Shown: in pieces, positions 57,169-64,000 of the stretch
How positions within the stretch are numbered: the first letter of the stretch is position 1
How the letters are laid out: every line of letters begins with the position of its first letter
Origin: an uncultured Verrucomicrobiae bacterium
GTDB taxonomy: Bacteria; Verrucomicrobiota; Verrucomicrobiia; Chthoniobacterales; UBA10450
Length of the DNA stretch: 64,000 bases
Direction: 5' to 3'
Assembly (NCBI GenBank): GCA_963735805.1
Contig: CAVTMK010000004.1
Coordinates: 256,001-320,000, forward strand
Notes under the pieces: generated by a model
The model's input: only the letters and a program-made list of their open reading frames with translations
Told to the model about the DNA's origin: nothing
Database searches by the model: none
Program-made: the position numbers and the translations under genes

Positions 57169-58767
57169 TTAAAATTTAAAATTCAAATTCGCCTGGAATA
57201 ATTGATATTGGTCGGTCGGATTGATGGTTATGTCCCCCGTTCCCCCTGTGCCGTAGGAGCCGTTGATGCGCCAGGCATACGAGTAAGTGAAGTTCAAGAG
57301 GACTGCATCAGCCAGCATGTATCCGGCATTCAGGACGAAGCCTTGATGGTTCAGCTGGCTGTTGAACAGGTCTGAATCGATCAGGTTGGGATCCAGCGAG
57401 AATTGTTCCTGGTGTTGCCAATAGCCCTCGATCTGCCAGTCGTGCTTCTTCTTTAGCTGACCAATACCGAGACCAGCTTGATAAGCGTAGCGCTGGCCAC
57501 CGCCCCCTGCGTGGCCCGCTGCCGTAGCGCGATCATCCGCATCGAAGTTCGTTGCGAAATCCCCGAAGGCGCGCATCGGAATTTTCCCAACTTTCCAGCC
57601 GATCTCGGCGGGGATATCGAAAACCAAAAGACTGTTGATACCCGTTTGATTGCCACCGGGATCGCCTGAGTAATGAATGTTAAACGTGTTGCCGTCGCCG
57701 GTGTAGTTGTAGAGAGTTGGTGCCAGCTGGAAGTACGCGATATGCGGGAAATCGAACTTCGCTCCAACCTGCCAGCCCAGCATGAATGCATTGGCGAGCG
57801 GCACCTGCTGAGTCTCACCGCCTATTGGCTGCGTCGTTGTCGGGGGTGGTCCAATTGGGTTTGACGGGTTTGAATCGTCATAAACAAACTGACCGAAGTT
57901 AGCGAAGACGTCGATTTTCATCAACGGTTCGGCTAGAGGTGGCGGGGCTACATTTTTCCCGTCCTTGTCATAGGAGACTGGCGCCGCTGCTCCGGCACCG
58001 ATGGTGAACGTATGTTTCCACTGTTCCGCCAAGCCTTCCGGATTGATGTCGTCATCCCACACCATTCGAGTATTGATGAACGGGTTCGGCATTCGACCGC
58101 CGGTGAATGTAAAGCCGGGGAAGCCTTTGTAGCCTCCGTATGCCTGGCCGACATAGACGCCGTCATCCCCTTTTGCGAACGGTCCGCCGCCACCGGGGGA
58201 GCTGGTCGATGTGTCACCGCCGAAAGTCACGTTCGTTGACCGCGCGCTGGCGCTGGTCTCCAGCCGGACCCCGAAGAACCAATCATCCAGCACGGTTCCA
58301 CGAAGGCCTATGCGAAGACGGTAACGTTCACGCTCGCGCTCCTGCCAATCATTTGCGTTATCCTGCCCAAACTGAAAGTGGTCGGGAAGTCTGCCGCCGC
58401 GATATTCATACCGCAGACGCATATCACCGAAGAGCTCCAATTCAGTGAGCCACGGGGACAATTTCCATATTTCGGGCTTTTCCAACCCGGGCACGATTTT
58501 CTCGACGTATGTCTTTCCGTCACTGGTGACTTCTGTTTTGACTTTCCCATCTGGTCCGAGCACGGGCGCCCACGTTGTGCGTTTCTTCAATCCTGAGACC
58601 TCCTGTTCTAACTCGGCGTTGCGCTTTTGTAGCTGGCTAACGGCCTGTTCGAGTTTTTGCAGCCGGGCATCGTCGGATCCTTGAGCTCTTAGCGGCTGTG
58701 CCGCGAGTGAAAGAAGTGCTGCAAGGCTCACGCCCAGTGCACGTAGAAGGGTTTTCTTGATGAACAT
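57169..58767 (-). CDS. Putative porin 2, paralog of porin 1
   Basis: Same motifs; ends QANLNFKF; AGGAG RBS before ATG 58767. Confidence 0.88.
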   Translation of the reverse strand: MFIKKTLLRALGVSLAALLSLAAQPLRAQGSDDARLQKLEQAVSQLQKRNAELEQEVSGLKKRTTWAPVLGPDGKVKTEVTSDGKTYVEKIVPGLEKPEIWKLSPWLTELELFGDMRLRYEYRGGRLPDHFQFGQDNANDWQERERERYRLRIGLRGTVLDDWFFGVRLETSASARSTNVTFGGDTSTSSPGGGGPFAKGDDGVYVGQAYGGYKGFPGFTFTGGRMPNPFINTRMVWDDDINPEGLAEQWKHTFTIGAGAAAPVSYDKDGKNVAPPPLAEPLMKIDVFANFGQFVYDDSNPSNPIGPPPTTTQPIGGETQQVPLANAFMLGWQVGAKFDFPHIAYFQLAPTLYNYTGDGNTFNIHYSGDPGGNQTGINSLLVFDIPAEIGWKVGKIPMRAFGDFATNFDADDRATAAGHAGGGGQRYAYQAGLGIGQLKKKHDWQIEGYWQHQEQFSLDPNLIDSDLFNSQLNHQGFVLNAGYMLADAVLLNFTYSYAWRINGSYGTGGTGDITINPTDQYQLFQANLNFKF

Positions 58768-58834
58768 TCGGTTTCTCCTTTTTGTGGTGGTTTTAAGCTG
58801 CACTGAGGGGACTCGGTTCTGGTGAACGCGGTGG

Positions 58835-58879
58835 AGGCTAGAAACCGATTGTTACAGGCGTATGACGAAGAAGTAACAA
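58835..58879 (-). promoter_or_regulatory. Pho-box-type promoter of porin 2
   Basis: Minus strand TTGTTAC-ttct-TCGTCAT-acgc-CTGTAAC-10 nt-TAGCCT; three half-sites at 11-bp period. Confidence 0.7.
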
Positions 58880-58989
58880 TTCGGCGAACTTTGGCGCAGC
58901 AGTGAATAAGCGGCGGCATTCAAGCCGCCGAGGCAAGAGAAGACGGCAACGCCGCCGTTGTTCCTGTCAGCTTTAGCGAAACGCCGTTT

Positions 58990-59406
58990 TTACGGCTTCG
59001 CTGTTGGCTGCGCCGAGGATGCCGGGGAAGAAGCAGGAGAAGCCTGAATTGGCGAACTCGCCGGAGAAGAAATAGGCGAAGGTTGAGCAGCCCCTGGAGC
59101 AGGCGAAGTTGCCGGTGCACTCTGCTGTTTCATCAACTCACGCCGGAACGCGCTCTCGCTACCAGTGCCCCGATGGGCATACAAGATCGACAAACCAAGC
59201 GTGAGCGCGAAGAAAATGCCGGCCAACCAAGCAGTAAACTTGACCAGCACGTTAGTCGTTTGCGCGCCAAAAATGTTTTCTGTGACCGCCCCGCCAAATG
59301 CAGCGCCCAAACCCTCGCTCTTTGGGCGTTGCATCAGGATGACGAGCACCATGAGAAGGGCAATCAGAACAAAAAATACTGAAAGCAGATTGATCAGAAG
59401 ATTCAT
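58990..59406 (-). CDS. secG: Preprotein translocase subunit SecG
   Basis: VILMQRPKSEGLGAAFGG, two TMs, low-complexity tail. Confidence 0.93.
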   Translation of the reverse strand: MNLLINLLSVFFVLIALLMVLVILMQRPKSEGLGAAFGGAVTENIFGAQTTNVLVKFTAWLAGIFFALTLGLSILYAHRGTGSESAFRRELMKQQSAPATSPAPGAAQPSPISSPASSPIQASPASSPASSAQPTAKP

Positions 59407-59429
59407 CGGGGCGGGCAATATCGCCGTTA

Positions 59430-59565
59430 AATGTCCAATGACAAATGCTTAGCGCGTTGAAAGGCTAAAACGTTGTACCGCTGGGTCGAACCAATTTTTT
59501 TTGACGATTGAAACAATCGCGCTGGCCATTTGAAGCTCGTCATTTGTCACTGGTTATTGGTCATT
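59430..59565. repeat. Inverted heptamer arrays overlapping the mazG stop
   Basis: AATGTCC AATGACA AATGCTT ... GGCCATT TGAAGCT CGTCATT TGTCACT GGTTATT GGTCATT. Confidence 0.7.
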
Positions 59566-60317
59566 TTGATTTGGTTCCAAATCGCGTCCATCTCCGCAAG
59601 ATCGACCTCGCCCAAATTTTTGCCGCGCGCATTCAATTCGTTCTCCAGTAGATTGAATCGTGCCACAAATTTGTCAGTTGCGGCTTGCAACGCGTTTTCT
59701 GAATCGAGTTTGCATTTGCGCGCGAGATTCACGACTGCGAACAGCAGATCGCCTACTTCGTCTTCGATCGATTTCTGATTTTGTTCCAGGATGGCCTGCC
59801 TTAACTCCTGAATTTCTTCCTCAACCTTTGCAATCACGTCGCCTATTTCGACCCAGTCGAAATTGACGCGGGCAACTTTCGACTGTGCTTTTTGTGCGCG
59901 CACCAAGGCAGGGAGCGCAGTTGGCAAATCACCGAGATAATGTTTGCCCGCCTTCTCAGCGCGTTTGATCGATTCCCATTGTCTTAATACTGCGCTGCTG
60001 TCCCGCGCATCGCTGGTGCCGAACACATGCGGGTGACGCCGAATCAGTTTGTTCGTTACATCCTTGAGCACTCCATTGATGTCGAACTGACCGGATTCGC
60101 TCGCGATCTCGGCGTGCATCACGATCAGCAGCAGTAAATCGCCAAGTTCTTCGCGAAAATTTGCGCTATCCCTGGCGCGCACCGCCCCGGTCACTTCGTA
60201 TGCCTCTTCGATCAAAGCAGGCACCAACGATTCATGAGTTTGTTCCCGATCCCAGGGACAGCCATCCGGAGATCGAAGCTTCGCGACGATTTCGCAAAGT
60301 TTTTCAAACGCAGTCAT
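59547..60317 (-). CDS. mazG: Nucleoside triphosphate pyrophosphohydrolase MazG
   Basis: GCPWDREQT, EEAYE, EELGDLL, KLIRRHPHVF, second EVGDLLF. Confidence 0.96.
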   Translation of the reverse strand: MTAFEKLCEIVAKLRSPDGCPWDREQTHESLVPALIEEAYEVTGAVRARDSANFREELGDLLLLIVMHAEIASESGQFDINGVLKDVTNKLIRRHPHVFGTSDARDSSAVLRQWESIKRAEKAGKHYLGDLPTALPALVRAQKAQSKVARVNFDWVEIGDVIAKVEEEIQELRQAILEQNQKSIEDEVGDLLFAVVNLARKCKLDSENALQAATDKFVARFNLLENELNARGKNLGEVDLAEMDAIWNQIKMTNNQ

Positions 60318-60349
60318 TCTGAGCCCCTCTCGACTTCGCTCGTAATGAC
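60313..60349. repeat. Internally deleted GTCATTC-type element supplying the mazG start codon
   Basis: GTCATTCTGAGC-ccctctcgacttc-GCTCGTAATGAC. Confidence 0.75.
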
Positions 60350-60350
60350 A

Positions 60351-61070
60351 TTAAATCCGCCAGAGCGAACGGTGCGTTCCAAACTCAGAGATTTCTCCCG
60401 ACGATTTGTTGCTGACGTAAATGGTGATGGAAATCACAGCCGCAAATGTGCCGACAAAAATCAGCGCCACCAACCAGGACGGTATATTCCCGATGCGGAG
60501 CGCATGGTAAAATGACACGAAATCCTTAATCGGCGCGCTGGCGTGCAAAAATATTTTCACCACCCAAGCCATCAGGATGAGAATGAAAATGAACATGTAA
60601 TTACGTTTCAGTCGGCGCCCGATAGCCTCCAGCTTGCTGATCTTGAAACAAGGCAATATCAAATCTTCGCAGACGAGCTTTTTCCATTCGCCATGGAGTA
60701 GCTCGCGATTTTCCATCACCATTGGGACGAGAAAATGCGCTTCAAGCATCCGGACACGCGCGCGAAAGGCGTCGTAAAAACGGTAACGACGCGCTTCGAT
60801 CCAGAGCAATACCCAAACAATGGCGAGGTTGAAGAAGAAAATAATGTGAGGCACTTCACGCGTGGAAAACGCGATGGTTATAATGGCGGTACTACTGGTG
60901 ATCGCCCAGTTCGAGGTGACGTCCAGCCGTTGCCGCCAAACCATGATCCGGCCCATCTCGCCGCGGTAAAAATGGGACATCGCGTTGACATAGCCGGGGT
61001 CGTAAAGGCTCCGTTGGAAGGAGACGGTCCTCTCTTCGTTTTGTGCTAATGCGGTGTTTTCAGTTGCCAC
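60351..61070 (-). CDS. DUF2270 family membrane protein
   Basis: HFYRGEMGR..WRQRLDVTSNWA, IEARRYR, RRLKRNY. Confidence 0.88.
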   Translation of the reverse strand: MATENTALAQNEERTVSFQRSLYDPGYVNAMSHFYRGEMGRIMVWRQRLDVTSNWAITSSTAIITIAFSTREVPHIIFFFNLAIVWVLLWIEARRYRFYDAFRARVRMLEAHFLVPMVMENRELLHGEWKKLVCEDLILPCFKISKLEAIGRRLKRNYMFIFILILMAWVVKIFLHASAPIKDFVSFYHALRIGNIPSWLVALIFVGTFAAVISITIYVSNKSSGEISEFGTHRSLWRI

Positions 61071-61132
61071 GGGTCGCTATTTAACTGGATAACTGGCTTT
61101 GCCGGATAATCCAATAAATCTCTCCGTTCCCA

Positions 61133-61588
61133 ATGGCTATCGCGCTAACCGATCTTCTCGATGAAAAACAGGTCATCCTGCGATTGCGCTCCAGGAAAGC
61201 GCTAAACGCGGTGCGCGAGATTATCGAATTGCTGGCGCAAAATGCGGCGATTGCGAAACCGGAAGCTTTCTTTGAGAAAGTGCTGGCGCGCGAGCAAGCG
61301 CACCCCAGTATGGTCGAAAACGGCGCGGCATTCCCCCATGCGCGCACGGACCTGGTTGATAAAATAGTCATTGGCATTGGACGGAGTCACGCAGGGATTC
61401 CATTCGGTCACAACGGAGTTCGCGCCCATTTGATTTTTGTCATCGGCGTTCCGGAACGCTTGGTGAATGATTATTTGATTTGCGTTGGAGCTCTCGTCCG
61501 ATTGGTGAAGGATGATCCGACCCGATCGGTACTACTGCACGCCCAAACTGAGCGGGAATTTATCGACGCGCTTACGGCAACACTATAA
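61133..61588 (+). CDS. PTS EIIA domain protein (Ntr/fructose type)
   Basis: VLARE...GAAFPHAR phospho-His motif. Confidence 0.9.
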   Translation: MAIALTDLLDEKQVILRLRSRKALNAVREIIELLAQNAAIAKPEAFFEKVLAREQAHPSMVENGAAFPHARTDLVDKIVIGIGRSHAGIPFGHNGVRAHLIFVIGVPERLVNDYLICVGALVRLVKDDPTRSVLLHAQTEREFIDALTATL

Positions 61589-61611
61589 TCGGGACCGGTG
61601 ATCCCGGCGTG

Positions 61612-62937
61612 CTAAGCCAGGTCACGTATCGCGCGCAGCACCGCGTCTACCTCTTGCGGAGAATTGACGACGCTGCATGCGACCCGCGCATAGGACACGC
61701 GATAAGGAGTCGTTGAAGCAACAATGCGTTGATTGAGGAGCCGCTTCACCACTTGCTCGGGTTTCATTCCCTTTACATCAAAGCAAACCATTCCCGCCGA
61801 AAGATTCCCGTCACGTGGGGTGTAGAGCTGAACACTCGGCATCCGCGCGAGTCCCTCCTTCATTTGAGCGTTTAATTCGTGAATTCGCGCTGTGATTCGA
61901 GTGGGCCCGATGCTCTCGTGAAAATGAATGGCAGACGGCAACGCGAAGTAGTGCTCGTAAGCTTGAAAACCGCCTGGCGAAAACCATGCCGCTCGCGCTG
62001 GAGGCTGGGGCTCATGTTCCTGTTCCCAGGCTTCGAAAGGCTCGAGCGAAAAAAAGCTGGGAATCACCGGGCGCATTCTTTGCCAGACTGCGGGCTTTGC
62101 CCAAACAAAGCCCGTGCCGCGGGGTCCAAACATCCATTTGTGCGTGCCGGCTGCAAAAGCATCGCATCCCAGGGCGGTGATCTTCGGATCTTCCACTCCC
62201 AACCCGTGCACGCCATCGACGATCAGCAACACACGATCTTTTTCTTCGCGGCCGCGATTCACCTCAGCAACGCCTTCTGCGATACGCGCGATCGGGAGAC
62301 GCACACCGCTGCTGGAGTGTACCCATGTCACGCCGACGGCTCGCGTCTTTGGTCCGATCGCCTTGCGCACACGTTCCGCGATTTCATCAGGCGAAATTGA
62401 GTTGTATGAATCGAAAAGTGGGATCTTGCGCCAGGTCGCGCCGCAGCGCCCCGTCGCCAATCGAATAGATTCGTGATGCACGTAGTGATCGTGAGCGGTC
62501 GTCAGGATCTCATCGCCTTCGCGCAACGGCAGTCCGTGGTAGAGAAGAGCCAGGCCGGTTGTTGTGTTCTGGGTAAGCGCGATTTCTTGCGGATCGCCAC
62601 TGATGTACCTGGCGATAGCCCGGCAGACCTGCTGCGGAATGTTCTCGTTAGTCTGCTCGAAGACTGCACTGTCGATAGTAAGCAACGGATTTGAATCGAT
62701 TTTTTCCCGGTATTGTTCGATCGCCTGTCGCACTGCCCTCGGGTGGGACACCAGAAAGAACAAGGCGAGATGAATGTAATCTGGAGCCAGGTCAAATTGC
62801 CGGCGCACCGACCCCCAATCTTTGAAGTCGGCAGTCGTGCCCGGCTTTATATTCTCGGCCCGGACATGCGAAGAAAATGCTCCAGCAGCCAGGGACAGCG
62901 AACCGCTGATGAGGAAATCGCGGCGGGTTAGAGGCAT
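61612..62937 (-). CDS. Tat-exported class V PLP aminotransferase-fold enzyme (PvdN/isopenicillin N epimerase-like)
   Basis: TRRDFL Tat signal; NTTTG, VDGVH, GTHKWMFGPRGTG. Confidence 0.88.
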   Translation of the reverse strand: MPLTRRDFLISGSLSLAAGAFSSHVRAENIKPGTTADFKDWGSVRRQFDLAPDYIHLALFFLVSHPRAVRQAIEQYREKIDSNPLLTIDSAVFEQTNENIPQQVCRAIARYISGDPQEIALTQNTTTGLALLYHGLPLREGDEILTTAHDHYVHHESIRLATGRCGATWRKIPLFDSYNSISPDEIAERVRKAIGPKTRAVGVTWVHSSSGVRLPIARIAEGVAEVNRGREEKDRVLLIVDGVHGLGVEDPKITALGCDAFAAGTHKWMFGPRGTGFVWAKPAVWQRMRPVIPSFFSLEPFEAWEQEHEPQPPARAAWFSPGGFQAYEHYFALPSAIHFHESIGPTRITARIHELNAQMKEGLARMPSVQLYTPRDGNLSAGMVCFDVKGMKPEQVVKRLLNQRIVASTTPYRVSYARVACSVVNSPQEVDAVLRAIRDLA

Positions 62938-62983
62938 GACTTTCTTTTCCTTTCTTGGCTCTAAGTGACAATCTTCTCCGCTA

Positions 62984-63004
62984 GGATTAACGATCCCGGC
63001 TACA
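62984..63004. repeat. Intergenic GTAG-type REP-like unit
   Basis: Minus strand TGTAGCCGGGATCGTTAATCC; related partial copy at 61590-61608. Confidence 0.55.
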
Positions 63005-63005
63005 G

Positions 63006-64000
63006 CTAGACTGTGGCGCGCTCGGCTCTTATCTCGCCCGGCGCAACGGCGGCGATCGCACTTCTTCGGTACCGCCAGATGGCAAACGCTACGAACAAAA
63101 GATCCAAGGCGACGAATATCGCCACATAAGTCTCGCCACCGATGCCAAACCCGTAGCTATGCAGGCCTTTGCCGAGCACGAAGTTCACGCCGTACCAAGC
63201 CATTAGCACAGCGAGAAAACAGACCACGCTCGCGACGGCCAGGCCGAATTGAGTCCACCAACCTGCCAGCCGGCCATGCAAAGCGAGGATGTAACAGAGT
63301 AACGCGATCAACGCCCATGTCTCCTTTGGATCCCAACCCCAAAATCTGCCCCAGGAATAATTTGCCCAGACGCCGCCGAGAATGGTTCCGGCCGCGAGCA
63401 ATAGAACTCCCAATTGAAGCACTCGATATAGCCAGAAATGCATGGGAGCATCTGCGCGCGCGGCTGCCGGATTGCGTGCGTATCGCCACAATAAGATGTG
63501 CCCGAAGCCCATTGCCAGCGCGAACGCCGCGTAACTGAGCGTGATAGTGAGCACATGAATGGTCAGCCAAAAGTTATCGCGCAACACCGGGACCAACGGA
63601 TCAATGCTCGCAGGCATGGCAATTGGCATCTGATGGACCAGCAACAGCGCGACAAGTGTCACCGGTAACGCCGCGAGCAAATAGACGGGTGCCCGGTAAC
63701 GCGCAAAAAAAATCATCCCGAAAAATGAAACCGCAAACGAAACCCAGATAATTGATTCGTACATGTTGGTCACCGGCGGTCGGCCGGCGATCATGCACCG
63801 CATCACGATCCCCGCCGCCTGAAACGCGAGACCGACCACCGCTACTGCGACGCCGATGTTTTGCAGCGCGCTTCCGCGCTTGCGAAGATGTGCCGCAATC
63901 AGGATTACCAGCGCAATTCCGTAACACCAGATTGCGCGATAAAACGCTTCGAAATGGTTATAAAAATATTCGAGCCGCAATTGCTGGTCTCGCGGATAAA
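63006..64000 (-). CDS. ccsA: Cytochrome c biogenesis protein CcsA (System II), 5-prime truncated by the window edge
   Basis: PVTNMYES, WLTIHV, WANYSWGRFWGWDPKETW (WWD domain), GLHSY; frame open to the window end. Confidence 0.93.
   Translation of the reverse strand, partial: YPRDQQLRLEYFYNHFEAFYRAIWCYGIALVILIAAHLRKRGSALQNIGVAVAVVGLAFQAAGIVMRCMIAGRPPVTNMYESIIWVSFAVSFFGMIFFARYRAPVYLLAALPVTLVALLLVHQMPIAMPASIDPLVPVLRDNFWLTIHVLTITLSYAAFALAMGFGHILLWRYARNPAAARADAPMHFWLYRVLQLGVLLLAAGTILGGVWANYSWGRFWGWDPKETWALIALLCYILALHGRLAGWWTQFGLAVASVVCFLAVLMAWYGVNFVLGKGLHSYGFGIGGETYVAIFVALDLLFVAFAIWRYRRSAIAAVAPGEIRAERATV

Noticed and set aside
60990..61003. TAGCCGGGGTCG REP-like match in the DUF2270 gene
   Set aside because: No second arm; explained by the codons for YDPGY.
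61082..61109. TAAC-N14-TGCCGGATAA upstream of the PTS EIIA gene as another ECF promoter
   Set aside because: Wrong spacing and mismatches in both elements; could be chance.

Overview
Bacterial chromosomal segment. Gene content and protein style suggest soil Verrucomicrobiota (Chthoniobacterales, Ca. Udaeobacter-like); this is inference, not a database result. About 58 CDSs, mostly housekeeping: ruvC, lipB, rpoN, a frameshifted mrdA, uvrC, hisS, aspS, fdxA, tonB/exbBD-def, thiG, thrC, secG, mazG and a partial ccsA. No rRNA, tRNA, CRISPR array or transposase was seen. Highlights: (1) An accessory signalling island (10.8-20.9 kb) has an ECF sigma factor without an anti-sigma plus two Zn-ribbon/Ser-Thr kinase/TPR receptors. 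A strictly spaced motif GAAC-N13-TTCCGGA(T/G)AA occurs four times (plus a weaker fifth copy) ahead of a small ORF, a two-hairpin candidate sRNA, a large secreted protein, a kinase and the sigma gene. (2) A small secreted peptide, a hairpin, an SdpA-like gene and an HTTM/SdpB-like gene form a candidate peptide-modification system (21.3-23.6 kb). (3) Secreted beta-propellers share an Arg/Pro C-terminal tail. (4) A likely Pho-regulated CHAD/CYTH/phosphoesterase/twin-porin island carries readable Pho-box-like promoters. (5) At least three families of short palindromic repeats sit in-frame inside genes or supply their start and stop codons.
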